Shown here one piece after another: positions 50,817-63,300 of a DNA stretch of 64,000 nucleotides (its first letter is position 1; each line of letters opens with the position of its first letter). The stretch comes from Vitrella brassicaformis CCMP3155 (Eukaryota > Protista > Chromerida): contig CDMY01000158.1 in the NCBI GenBank assembly GCA_001179505.1, forward strand, positions 62,001-126,000, in the 5' to 3' direction. Under the pieces are notes generated by a model. It made no database searches, was not told the origin of the DNA, and saw only the letters and a program-made list of their open reading frames with translations. A program made the position numbers and the translations under genes.

Positions 50817-52148
50817 ATGGCGTCGTCGGCGCCAGCTCCATCGACGGCACAATCTGCTGCTTCGAAACCGCCCATGACGGCGTCCAAGGCGCCCACGACT
50901 GCATTTGCCGTGTGCAAGATCCCCAAGTACAGCGCCGAGTCGACCCATGATGCAGACCCGTCCTCATTCTTCTGGGTGTTCGAGGCCGAGGCGCCGCACG
51001 GCGAAGGGTCGGTCTTCAGACGGCGCCTTGCCAACGACACGCGAGCGCTGCTGGGCGAGGAGGTGCCCATCGAGTACATCTCTGAGGAGCAGGCTGAGGG
51101 AGCACACCTGCCACGGCTGCCAAACCCGCCGGTCAAGAGACCTCTCGACCAAGCCACACGACTGGCGGCAACGAAGGTCAGAGGACAGCAGCAAAGAAAT
51201 GTGTATACGTGCGGCATGCATCCACGCGCTGGTGAGTGTGGCTCTCGCTTTGTTCTGTGCATCAGGCTCTGCGTTTGTCTGCCAAGTACATTCTCGAGTG
51301 TGTAGTAGAGCACGTCCTGGCGCTAGAAGGCCTCAAGGCGCCCGAGACCCCTCCAAAAGCCCCACCCGTGACCCGCCCAGCGTCCAGTGGCGCCCAGCCG
51401 TCCTCCCAGCCGTCCATCATGGACGCCTACGAGATGATCTTCGCCCGCAAGGCGCCAGAGGAGACGACGGCAGCTGATACCACGGACGAGAAGGCAACCA
51501 ATAGTGACGGGCTGGTGATCAAGCGGATCGGGGACAAGGACGAGTCAGGTGGTGCTGTGGAGGGAGGCGGGGGGAGCAACAAGAGGGCACAGCCGCCCTG
51601 CTACATGCTGGAGGGAGATACAAGCGATAGGAGAGGTGAGCACAGGGGAAGTGACGGTGGGTCCTCTGATGCCACATGCAACGAGATGTGTGTGTGCGTG
51701 TGTGTGTGTGTCAGTTCGTCAGAAGGTCAAGCTGGCTCAAGATGCGTTCATCGAGGCCCTCCACTTGCTGCCGCCGCGCACCTTCTTGCCGCCCCCCTCT
51801 CTGACGCAGCCCAATCCCCTCCCCTTCCCCATCCACCCCCCCAACCCTTCTGCCGTCCCCACCAGCAGCCCATACGTCTTGCTGGAACCCGTCTCCCTCA
51901 TACCTGGCGCAACCTCTCACCAGCCTCTGCCAGTGTCATCCCCCCCTCGCAGCAGCATCCTCACCCCCATGCAGGCGAATCGCCCCGCGGCACCACCCCC
52001 TCCGAGGCCACCGGCAGCACCGCAGCAACAGCAGCCGAGGGCGTCGATGGCTGCGGGTGTTGCTGGGCCGTACATGCAGTCGGCGGCCAGCGTGAGTAAG
52101 GAGGTGTCGTCGCTTTATGCGTCGCTGACGGGGCAGAGTTCGAGCTAG
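50817..52148 (+). CDS. Hypothetical protein, Pro-rich C-terminus
   Basis: Exons from ATG 50817 (MASSAPAP..SFFWVFEAE..), ALRLSAKYILECVVEHVL, VKLAQDAFIEALHLL; stop at 52146-52148. Confidence 0.6.
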
Positions 52149-52476
52149 GGGGGCGGAGGGAGGGAGAGGTTTGTTAGCCGGATGGGTGCCGCTTTTGTGA
52201 TACGGAATGCTGAAATGCGTGCGAGGGTTGTCTGTCTGTCCATCGTGGGTGTGGTTGCCCAGGGGAAGAGGAGCGTCGGCATTATGCAGAGCAAGATCTC
52301 GCAGATGACCGATGCTCTTCTTCTCCTCGGCAACAGCTTTCGATGGCTAGCACTTGTCAGAGATAACAGACTACATGGCAATTTACGAGAGATCGAAACA
52401 TCATGATGTGTTACCCTTGAGACCTAAGCGGGGAAAGAAAACGGCTTGAAAATGACGAGGGGTGCCTAATTCAGGG

Positions 52477-53231
52477 ATGATGAACGTGGACGATGACATC
52501 GAGCGCATGCTCGATGACATCCAGCATCAGCATGGCGCTCCCCCGGCAGTTCGCGTGGCGGTGTATTACTACGACCTCGCCGACAGAAGCAACACAGAGC
52601 CAAACCAACACATCATCCAGGTGAGGTGAAGGAGCTCTCATCCACTGCCGTGGCCTGCATGAGATGTCGCCCATCCATCCATCCATCCATCGTTTCTCGG
52701 ATTTGCGTTTGGCCGGTGTGTTTCTGGCCTGCAGGTAGCTGCAGGCGCCCCTTTGCACGAGGTGAAACGCATCGCATCTCACGTCTGCCGCAAGGTAAAT
52801 GTCAGCAGGGCAGATGAAGCAACTGCCGACTCATGTGGCGTCTTTCAGGACTTCTCTCGCTGGGCGGTCAGACATTGCAGCGTCGCCAACCATCGCCTCA
52901 CCACCAGCGCCATCCTTCCCGACGGCATCACTATCAACCTCTTCAACAACATCGCCACACAAGACCATGGCCTCTTCCTCGAGCCGTCCGAGGGACTCAT
53001 CGCGGCGTATCAGCAGACGAGCCGTCAGCTGGAGGACGCCAACCTGGCCCACCAGGCTGCCTCATTGCAGTACTCCCAGCTGCAGGACATCAAGGACAGC
53101 TACGAGGCCACCATGTACGAGCACTCATTGGAGCAGCAGACCGCGGAGGACGAGATCGCAGCGCTCGAGCATCAGGTGGCCACCATCCAGCAGCAGAAGG
53201 AGCAGCAGGTACTTGCCATGGAGGCAGAGGT
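52477..53231 (+). CDS. Paralog A, 5' half: ubiquitin-like domain plus coiled coil (cut by gap)
   Basis: Exon 52477-52620 joins 52735 in phase. VRVAVYYY..HIIQVAAGAPLHEVKRIASH..LPDGITINLF, then Q/E-rich heptads. Confidence 0.65.
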
Positions 53232-53531
53232 NNNNNNNNNNNNNNNNNNNNNNNNNNNNNNNNNNNNNNNNNNNNNNNNNNNNNNNNNNNNNNNNNNNNN
53301 NNNNNNNNNNNNNNNNNNNNNNNNNNNNNNNNNNNNNNNNNNNNNNNNNNNNNNNNNNNNNNNNNNNNNNNNNNNNNNNNNNNNNNNNNNNNNNNNNNNN
53401 NNNNNNNNNNNNNNNNNNNNNNNNNNNNNNNNNNNNNNNNNNNNNNNNNNNNNNNNNNNNNNNNNNNNNNNNNNNNNNNNNNNNNNNNNNNNNNNNNNNN
53501 NNNNNNNNNNNNNNNNNNNNNNNNNNNNNNN
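53232..53531. other. Assembly gap (300 N)
   Basis: Run of N. Confidence 1.
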
Positions 53532-53815
53532 GGTGGGGATGGCGGTGAGGAGGAAAAGAATGCAGAGGGAATGCATTGTCGAGCGAGAAGGGAGGGAAAA
53601 TGAGAACTAATGCGAAGGGAGGCGGAAATGGACGGGTAAACAGATCTTTGGCCAGGATGCGGGAAAAAGCGGGGAGGCCAATCTAAAGCTCCAACCCCTT
53701 GCTTTCCCTTTCCCCCCTTTCCTCTTCTTCCTGCCAAAAATGGATTTGCCGCCTCACCTTCTCAGCTAAGCGTCTGTCTGCTCCTGTCTGTCTGTCTGTC
53801 TGTCTGTCCATGCAG

Positions 53816-54770
53816 AGTCCGACTGCAGACTCATGTGGCGTCTTTCAGGACTTCTCTCGCTGGGCGGTCAGACATTGCAGCGTCGCCAACCATCGCCTCA
53901 CCACCAGCGCCATCCTTCCCGACGGCATCACTATCAACCTCTTCAACAACATCGCCACACAAGACCATGGCCTCTTCCTCGAGCCGTCCGAGGGACTCAT
54001 CGCGGCGTATCAGCAGACGAGCCGTCAGCTGGAGGAGGCCAACCTGGCCCACCAGGCTGCATCACTGCAGTACTCCCAGCTGCAGGACATCAAGGACAGC
54101 TACGAGGCCACCATGTACGAGCACTCATTGGAGCAGCAGACCGCGGAGGACGAGATCGCAGCGCTCGAGCATCAGGTGGCCACCATCCAGCAGCAGAAGG
54201 AGCAGCAGGTACTTGCCATGGAGGCAGAGGTGGAGGGACTCATGGAGCAGAACGACCAGCTGGACCGCAAGGTCCAGGAGCTGACGGCCGACTTCACTGC
54301 GGCAGGTGTCCGCAAGAACACTGTGGCTGAGCAGCGGGCGGTGCAGCAGCGCCTCATCGAGAAGCGTCGCAGGCTGGAGGAGGCCATGGCTGCGTCGTTT
54401 GAGCGTCTGGGTGAGCTGGAGCGGCTTGAGGGCGAGAGGCAGCGACAGGCGAGGCAGCAGGAGTACGACGCAGTGACCAAGTGCATCATTTGTATGGACA
54501 GAGACAAGTGCATCGCCGTGTTGCCCTGCGGTGAGATGGGAGGGAAAAGGGACGGAATGACACACGGCTTCTTTCTTTGTGTGATTACTTCTTTCATTGG
54601 TTCGCTCAGGTCATGTGTGCCTGTGCGAGGTCTGCCGGGACACATTGGTTGCCCACTACGCCGCCATGACGCCAGACAGCGACGAAGAGGAGAAGGACGT
54701 CCACCGCGGACGCTGCCCCAAGTGCAGACGCGCCATCAGCAGCTTCACACAGCGGCTGTACGTCGGCTGA
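53816..54770 (+). CDS. Paralog B: coiled coil plus intact C-terminal C3HC4 RING finger (5' exons not visible)
   Basis: Exons 53816-54530 and 54610-54770 give CIICMDRDKCIAVLPCGHVCLCEVC...CPKCRRAISSFTQRLYVG*, the IAP/MDM2-type terminal RING pattern. Confidence 0.85.
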
Positions 54771-55134
54771 ATTTCCGACCGACTGCTCGCACTCGCTTGA
54801 CACCCAACGATGCAGACATTCATGCCTTCACGAATGCAATGGACCAGTCAATGCCCACGTGTGCCTTCGTGTATCTCATTGAGCGACTGTTGACATTGAT
54901 CGATGCTCCGTGCGTCATGATCATCATCCTTTCAACCAAATGACATCATCCAGCGGAAGATGAGACAAGAAGTCACTCAGTTTCTCGTACACGCAGGCAG
55001 GCACGCAGAAGTTGAGAGTACTGTAGAAGGCAAGAGAAGGAGATGGTTGATGCATGACTCTGGCCCTGGCCCTCTCACAAGAGAGCCAACTTAAGCCAGA
55101 GGTGAGTGAGAGACACGAGACACCAACAGATCAA

Positions 55135-56117
55135 TCACCTATCTGTGCTGCTCCCGTCGCCGACATATGACCTCTCTTCCAGCTCGTGGTTTTTGATAAT
55201 TTTTTCGTCAATGCACTGTCCAGCTGGCACATCCATGTATATGTCTGCCGGCGTTAGTTTGCGGCTGCGTGGTGGAAATGTGAATGAATGTTTGCATTGG
55301 TTGTACGAGACCGAGGCTTGTGTGGACACTCTCACGAGTGGGTGAGTCGGTCTTTATTTGTCAACACATGTCAATCTCTTGCACATTGCTGTCTCAGTCT
55401 TCCTCGGTGTACTCGTCCTGCTGTCCATCCGCTGCTGCTGTCTGTCTCTCAGGCTGGCGGGATTCCTCAGAGATACTCTCCACCTCATCTTCCTCGTTCT
55501 TGACCGCTGCTCGCTCTACCTGTGCAGCCCTCTCCTCAGCCTGACACCGACACAGCACACAGATAATCAGCAAGGACATGCCATTGCTCCATCCAGTTGT
55601 CTGTCTTACCTCTTGGAGCACAGCTTTGACCTGCTCTTTCCGTTCCTCTTGTTCCATCTGCGACTTGAGCGAAGGCGGGGCATGCTCGTTGCTAATGGCG
55701 CCATTCGTCACGTCAACTGGATCATCAGATCCACACACATGACGATTGTTCTGTATCTCTGTGTCATTTGGTGACTCACCCTTTGCTGCTTTGCGAGGAC
55801 CGTTTCGCTGCCTGAACGATGAGAGCAGCGGTGCGTCTTTGTGTGCTTGCTCAAACTCTTGCTGCTCCTCCTCTTCCTCGGCCCTCTGCTGACTGTCGAC
55901 CCGCGCAGAATTGACTGATGCACAGAGACACAATCACATCTGTGTGTCTGTCTGTCTGTTTGTGTCTTCACACACCTTGTTCCGTTTGCTTGGTGTCTTG
56001 TTCCTGTTGCTCCTCCAGCTCGTTCATCTGCTGTTGCTTGTCCTGGGCTGCCTGCTGCATCTCTCGCAGCTCAGCAATTGCCGGGTCCTCCTTATCTCTC
56101 TGAACCGAGTGAGACGG
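55135..56117 (-). CDS. Partial acidic, Gln/Glu-rich coiled-coil protein (5' end lost in gap)
   Basis: Exons encode AIAELREMQQAAQDKQQQMNELEEQQ, RAEEEEEQQEFEQ and AEERAAQVERAAVKNEEDE. The 3' end is approximate. Confidence 0.5.
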
Positions 56118-56417
56118 NNNNNNNNNNNNNNNNNNNNNNNNNNNNNNNNNNNNNNNNNNNNNNNNNNNNNNNNNNNNNNNNNNNNNNNNNNNNNNNNNNN
56201 NNNNNNNNNNNNNNNNNNNNNNNNNNNNNNNNNNNNNNNNNNNNNNNNNNNNNNNNNNNNNNNNNNNNNNNNNNNNNNNNNNNNNNNNNNNNNNNNNNNN
56301 NNNNNNNNNNNNNNNNNNNNNNNNNNNNNNNNNNNNNNNNNNNNNNNNNNNNNNNNNNNNNNNNNNNNNNNNNNNNNNNNNNNNNNNNNNNNNNNNNNNN
56401 NNNNNNNNNNNNNNNNN
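56118..56417. other. Assembly gap (300 N)
   Basis: Run of N. Confidence 1.
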
Positions 56418-56949
56418 ACTCATGGAGCAGAACGACCAGCTGGACCGCAAGGTCCAGGAGCTGACGGCCGACTTCACTGCGGCAGGTGTCCGCAAGGACA
56501 CTGCGGCTGAGCAGCGGGCGGTGCAGCAGCGCCTCATCGAGAAGCGTCGCAGGCTGGAGGAGGCCATGGCTGCGTCGTTCGAGCGTCTGGGTGAGCTGGA
56601 GCGGCTTGAGGGCGAGAGGCAGCGACAGGCGAGGCAGCAGGAGTACGACGCAGTGACAAAATGCATCATTTGTATGGATAGAGACAAGTGCATCGCCGTC
56701 TTGCCCTGCGGTGAGATGGGAGGGAAAAGGGACGGAATGACACACAGCTTCTTTCTTTGTGTGACTACTTCTTTCATTGGTTCGCTCAGGTCACGTGTGC
56801 CTGTCGAGGTCTTCCGGGACACATTGGTGGCCCACTACGCCGCCGTGACGCCAGACAACGACGAGGAGGAGGACGACGTCCACCGCGGACGCTGCCCCAA
56901 GTGCAGACGCGCCATCAGCAGCTTCACATAGCGGCTGTACGTCGGCTGA
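56418..56949 (+). pseudogene. Paralog A, 3' half, with an inactivated RING finger
   Basis: Relative to copy B: 1-nt deletion at ~56804 (ctgtgcgag to ctgtcgag), TGC to TTC (Cys to Phe) at 56812-56814, CAG to TAG at 56929-56931. Confidence 0.8.
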
Positions 56950-57429
56950 AGCACCGACCGACCGCATAGCAAGCATCACCACCAGACATGTATGCAATGG
57001 ACCCCTGGATGCGCATGTGTGTGTATGCATGTAAGCGAGTGTTGACCTTGGTCGATGCTCCGTACGTGTGGCGTGATCACAGTTTACTTTTCAACCAAAT
57101 GACATCATCCAGTGGAAGACGAGACAAGAAGTCACTCAGTTTATCGTACACGCAGGCAGGCACACACAAGGGCAAGTGCAAGGGAAGAGGCAGGGAGACA
57201 TCTGATCTATACAACGAGAGGCTCACTCATCTCACCGAGTCAGTCAGTCGAGCAGGCAGGCAGGCAGGCAGACACGCCACACGGACAAAAACGACAGCTT
57301 TCCAGATACTCACTCACACGTACACGCCACATCGATCGACCACGGACCGACACCCCGATTAAAACCATACATACACGGCCAGCCCCGCAACAAACAAATA
57401 AACAAATCAGCCATCAAATAAATCAGTCA

Positions 57430-60400
57430 TCATATCCTGGGCGGCCGATAGGATCCCCTCTGCCCTCCCTGTGAGCTGCGCATCGACCCCCACATATCGC
57501 CCGGCAGCTCATTCAGGAAGGGCTCCTGCTCGAACGACGCGATCATGGCCTGCGGCTGCGGCGCCCGATGGAACTCCTCGCCGTGCTCGCTGCCATGCAC
57601 AGAGTCGCTCGGCGGGGCGGTGGGGAACGTGTTGTCGAAATTGGCGTATTCCGACTGGGGGATGACCACCAGCGGTCGTCGTGGGATGCAGAGTGAGAAG
57701 GGGAAGGTCCTCGCCCAGAAGTAGTAGTTGGGCAGTGCGTCCAGACCCGTCGAGCCGTACACATAGGTCTTGTACAGAGCTCCGAGGGCACAGTAAGACA
57801 CAAAGAGGACGACCAAGAGAATGAACGTCGTGACGAGCACGTGAAAGCCAGGGGCGGTGGGGCGGAGGAAGGGCGGGGCCCCGTGGTGGCCGATGGTCGC
57901 TACTTGGTATACCCGCGGAGGCACCGACCCTCGATCGAAGCTGCGCACAGCAGACAGGCATGCATGCAGCACATGGCTATGAGAGTGCATCCAGTGCACT
58001 TGCTGCTGTCCGCGTACTTCTCATCAGTGACGTACACATTGACGTCATATGCTTCCTTGAGCAGCAGGTCAGCGGGGAAGAACCCCACCACCTTCTCTGG
58101 ACCCTTGTTGCCCCTGCCCTTGACCGTCCTGCCCCCCTTAGGCAGGTCGCTCTCCCTCGCATTCATCCACTGAGCCGACGCCACCTTTCGCCGCAGCGCC
58201 TCCTCCACACCACACACGCTGTACAGATGGATGCCGCTCTTGGACGCACTCTGGGGCGCAAAGATGAGGTGGTGACGCAGAGACTTGGACGTCATGGATG
58301 CGGGCTTGATGGCGATAGGCACCACACGCGTGCCTCTGGCAGGGTCCATGAATGAGTAGGGGAAGATCTCCAGCGAGAGGACGTCTGGCAGCTGAATGAT
58401 GGATGTGGGTGGGGGTGACGGGGCCGACGAGTCGTCGAGGGAGAAGGCGATCTGGTAGAGGGCGGGGTGGTGGAAATAGGACCGCCGATGGCTGGAGGGC
58501 AGGAAACCCCGGCGGGTCTCCTGCGGCATGTCTATGTTCACCACCTCGGCGTACAGACGCTGCATACACAGACACACTCGCAAAGCACGCATCACCACCG
58601 CCTTCCCTCTTACCGCGATCTGTGGCTCATCCTGTAGCCCTCTCGTCTCGTTGCCCCTCTCCGACAGCGACCTCACATAATCCTCATCGTGGGGGTAGGG
58701 AATGGGCAGCTTCACGTCCCTATTGGGCTGGCCGTTCATCCACAGGGGTGGCGACGGGCTGTACCAGTTCAGCCCGCCACGTGTGGACGCGAGGGCCAGG
58801 CCGACCGAGCCGTAGCACTGTGTGACGGTGATGTGTCCGATGCCCTGTGAGGACGGCGGGGGCGGGTGTGAGGGGAGGGGCACACGCAGCTGGTATGTGG
58901 TCGACTGCACGTCGAGGTAGGCGATGTCGTGAGGGTCCTCGTTGGGCGGCAGCTGACCCTCCTTGACAGTGTCCACCTCTAGCCGCTGGGCACGGGTGCC
59001 TGACACAGAAGGAGGTCATACGTGTTGCCGTGTGCAGCAGATGTGATCTAATTGCGCATGTCGATGACGGACCAGCGTTGGCGGTGATGGTGTAGTTGAG
59101 CTGATGTGGTGTGTCCACTTGCAGGTACAGCCAGAAGGGCCCCTTGGCCCCACCGCCCTTGGCCTGCACCAGTCTCTCCACCGGTACGCTCATCAGCAGA
59201 TCCCGCGGGCTCTCAGCAGCCGCCTCGCCCCTCACCAGATCAACACGATCAGACGACACCCCACCGCCCACAGTCACCTTGTCAAGCCCCCCGTTTGTCG
59301 CCGTCAATTGAATCTGCACAGCTGGCCCGGTTCCCCTGCTCTTTGCTGGCCGGTTTGCTGCGCGTTGGATCAGTGAGGGTGGTATCCAGAAGCGCAGGAG
59401 TCGTGACGATGCGGGTGAGAGGAAGTCGGAGAAGGTCTGGCCGTCGACGAGTGTGAAGGGGTTGGCGAGCGCCGCTGTGATGGCGTAGACGTTGCTGATC
59501 CACTTGCCCACAATCACCACATAGAAGACACCTCCTTTCGGGGCGGCGGAGGGCGGGATGTCAATCATGATGGGCGAACTCATTCCACCCCATGCCTTGT
59601 AATGACATCGTGGGTCATTTGGCTTGATAGGGGAGATCGTTGGGGCGGTGACGCCCTTGGACGGGTCGCCGCGCCATATGGGGTGCTCCGTCCGCCACAT
59701 GCACAGCTCCACGCTACCCGCCTGAACCAGACAAACAAGACACATGACACTTGAGTGGCGACAGGACCTCTCATCTGCCATCCGTGTCGGCCGTGGCTGA
59801 CCTCGACGTGTGTGCGTAGGGCCACTCCTCGTTCTGGCATGGACTGCACCACAAGCTCGTATACACGCTGGTCGTTCTCTGAAGGAGACACGCACACACA
59901 GCAAGATAGATGTCTCAATGTGTCCGTCTGTGTGTGTGTTTGGCATACATACCTGTGACGGCCCCCTGGAGCGGCAGTCCGTCCCACAGCTGTGATGTAG
60001 AGTGGCCCCAGTTGACCGTCACCAGATAGGACGAGGACCCCCCAGCCGGCACACCGGTGCTGTCGGAGCTCGACTCGTCACACGTGATGCCGATGTACAG
60101 CCAACCTGATATGACAGACGTGATTGATTGACACACAGGCGATAGATACGGTACACATGCTCCACTTAGGCACGGCACGTACCGAATGAGAACGAGGGGC
60201 TGGTTGACGAGATGACGATTTGGTCGCCTCCCTCCAGCTCGCCCATCCACGAGTGGTGGTGGGGGTCACGGTCGGGGTAGGGGGAACTCGCTGAAACATG
60301 ACAGAAAGACAGACACACACAGATGTGGGATGGATGGACATCATGGCTTCATGTGCTCGCAATATGATGACTGACCGTTTGAGACGAAGACGTCAGGGTC

Positions 60401-63300
60401 GCCGCTGATGGGTACGACACTGACCTGGAGCTGCACTGTCTCGTGTCTGTTGACGGGCTCCGGCACATACACCTTGTACCGATCGTAGTGGTGCGCACGG
60501 GTCTGGCCACTCACAGTCGCACCTTGCACACAACCCACATCCATCCGACAAGACCAAAACTGGTCCATTGGCACACCCATCCCCTTCTGCCTCTCCCCCT
60601 ACCGTTTTGAAGTTCCACCACGGTGTCCTCAGCCCTCGCCGTGATGGAGAACTTGTTCATCGTCTCCTGGCGGCCGGGGGAGGCAGGCACCACCATCACA
60701 TACAGGGTGGGATTGTCGTCAGCTGGTGTGCTCCTCAGCGCGTCCTGGTAGACAGGGTGCGTGGCGTTGAGCACCAGCATGCCGCCCGTGACGACCGGTG
60801 TGGTGAGGGAGCTGTCGGCGGGGAAGTCGCTGCGGGATGACACTCGGTAGACCACGGCGCCCTCTGTGGACGTGACGGCGAAGAGGATGTTGGGCCTGGC
60901 GCCGGCACTTGTTGCTGTGTGGTTGTCTGGTGCTGCTGGTATGCGGTAGAGGAATATTTGTTTGCTGTCGGGGTGGTTGGCGACGGACTGGATGGCGTTG
61001 CGGCCCTCCACCAGGTTCATCCACGCAGCGGACGTCGTCACCGTCACCTGGAAACGGGCATCCTGCAGCCATACACACACACAGGCGGAGAGAAAGGTCG
61101 GATGCACAACCCGTGTGTGTGCGTGTCTGTCTTTTTGTGGGCATCGATGCGGTGGCTCACCCACCTCTGTTGAGTTTTGTGCGGCGAATGCGAAGAGTGT
61201 GATGTAGATGAAGCATGGCGGGGTGATGAGGTGCATCATGTCTGACGCCGCCGCATGCTCATCCACTGTGGTGGCCTGCAGCGACACACGCGACGCTGCA
61301 TTGGGCGTCTTCCACCTGTAACCAACAGCAACAAGACAAAACAAACCCCAAATGCGACAGACAGCCGAGCGCTCTCCCCCCCTGTCCCGCCCACTCACGC
61401 ATATTGTCTGGGGTCGCTGGAGTGGTACTCCGTGTCAGCGGCCATGACGACCACCCCGTTGTACGACTCAGCGGCCATCATGACGTCGACCCCCCGGTGT
61501 GCCACATAGAACTGGAAGTCCAGCCACTGTGATGTGTCCTGGGCGTTGGTGCCCACGGGGATGAGGCCCGTGTAGGGGTGTGCGTCCAGCAGCGTGATGA
61601 CGTTGGTGGCGCTAGTGGCGGTGAGGGTGAAGTAGGTCTGGCTGCGGTCGTTCCGCCGCGAGGTCAGGCCAACAAACAGCTGCCGGTCGCCCGTGTCAGG
61701 AATCTCGTTGCCTGGTGGACGCATACACACACGTGGTTGGTTATTCATTCTCTCTCTCTCTGGGTGGTCTGTCTCCACTTGCCATTGATGAGTAGGACAT
61801 TGCTGTCGTGTCCCATGGCCTTGAGGCTGTCGAACTGGCAGTCGGCTGTGGTGGGCCCCGGTTTGTCGAAGGATGCCACCAGGCGCACATCGTCCAGACG
61901 GGACGTGACCGCTGTCACCGTCAGGCCGGTGCGGTTGTTCACCAACAATCTGAAGTACTTGTATTCGCTGTCCTTGGCTGTGATGCGGCCGGCGGTGGGC
62001 ACGCCCTGGGGCAGCCACAGAGAGGTGTCGCTGTCACGCCGGGCCAGCACCACCGACACAACGCCCTCCACCAAACTCGGAGAGGAACCATCACCTGCAC
62101 ACGTCACACACAGACAGACAGGGCGATGAAAGGGGCATGGCATGTGCGTGCGGACTGGCTGTGTGCTCACTTTTCATGTTCATGTCGACTTTGATGCATA
62201 TGGGTCTGACGGTCTTGTCGTCGATGTCGACAGAGGGGATCTTGTGCACCGTGGCGTGATCCAGCTCGAGGAACTCCGCACCCTTGACGCTAGACTCAAC
62301 CAGCACGCTGCCCTGGCAGTCCTGTGCGCCGATGAGGCTGACGGAAGGGTCGCCTTCGATGGGCGTCACGATCACCTGATAGCTGTTCATGTCGTCCTTA
62401 GGCAAATCATACCTTCATGAATCATGCAACACACACACAGCCACAACCAGTGAACCACTTACACGTCCACCACACGACACGTGTACCTGAATGTGGTGGA
62501 AGCGATCTTGGTGGCAGGGTCCTCGTCCAGCCGTGTCAGGTTGCGCAGGGAGGGGTAGTTGGGCCCATACAGATAAAAGGCGTCTGACGCGTCGCTCTTG
62601 GGGCCCACACCAGACACTTGCGCGGTGATCAGAAAGTCACAGCCTGCAATGCATGTGGGACACACACACGAGCAGACAGACATGCAACAGCAGTGAGTGC
62701 ACCGACCAATCCCCACCTGCCGACTGGCCTACCTTGTTCAGAGAAGGTGCGGACGCAGAGAAACAGCTGGTCCCCCTCCGGTTTGAGCTGCTCACGATAC
62801 AGCTGGAAGCCACCCGCTGGACCGGAGGCCTGCAGGACAGGAAGGAGAAACACACACATAGTTCGTGTGCTAATCTGCTGCATCCCCAGGTCTGGTCTGC
62901 ATGGCATGGATGCATCAACCAAACAGCACACGCCCGACGCACCTCCAGTGCCTCTTGCTTCTGAAATCCGACTGTGAGGGCCGGGTCGCCACCCAGAGCT
63001 ACAACCGACGCAGACACGGCCACTGAACACACACAACACAACACAGAACAACCAACCAGCTAGATGGCCGGCCGATGGGTCGCCGCCTGCCCATATAATC
63101 CCCCTCACGTAAGTACCCTTGTAAGGCACATGGTCGGGGAATGCCTCCTTGAGGTCCAGGGTGAAGCATTGGGTTGCATACTGCGGCAGGTTCTCATAGT
63201 ATTTGGGCACGCCAGCAAAGATGGACACATCCTCACCCCGATACACACAGAGGGCGAGAGGCAAGATCAGCAGCAACAGCGATAGGACGCCAGCCATCAT
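57430..63300 (-). CDS. Large type I membrane protein: signal peptide, tandem PPC-like beta-sandwich repeats, M6P-receptor/ATG27-like TM and tail
   Basis: Leader MMAGVLSLLLLILPLALC at 63300. Repeated units such as VVPISGDPDVFVS, VTPIEGDPSVSL, WLYIGIT and LFVGLTS, with linkers like TLVDGQ, QLWDGLP and ITLLDAHP. TM FILLVVLFVSYCALGALYKTYVYGSTGLDALPNYYFW. Tail contains YANF. Confidence 0.75.
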
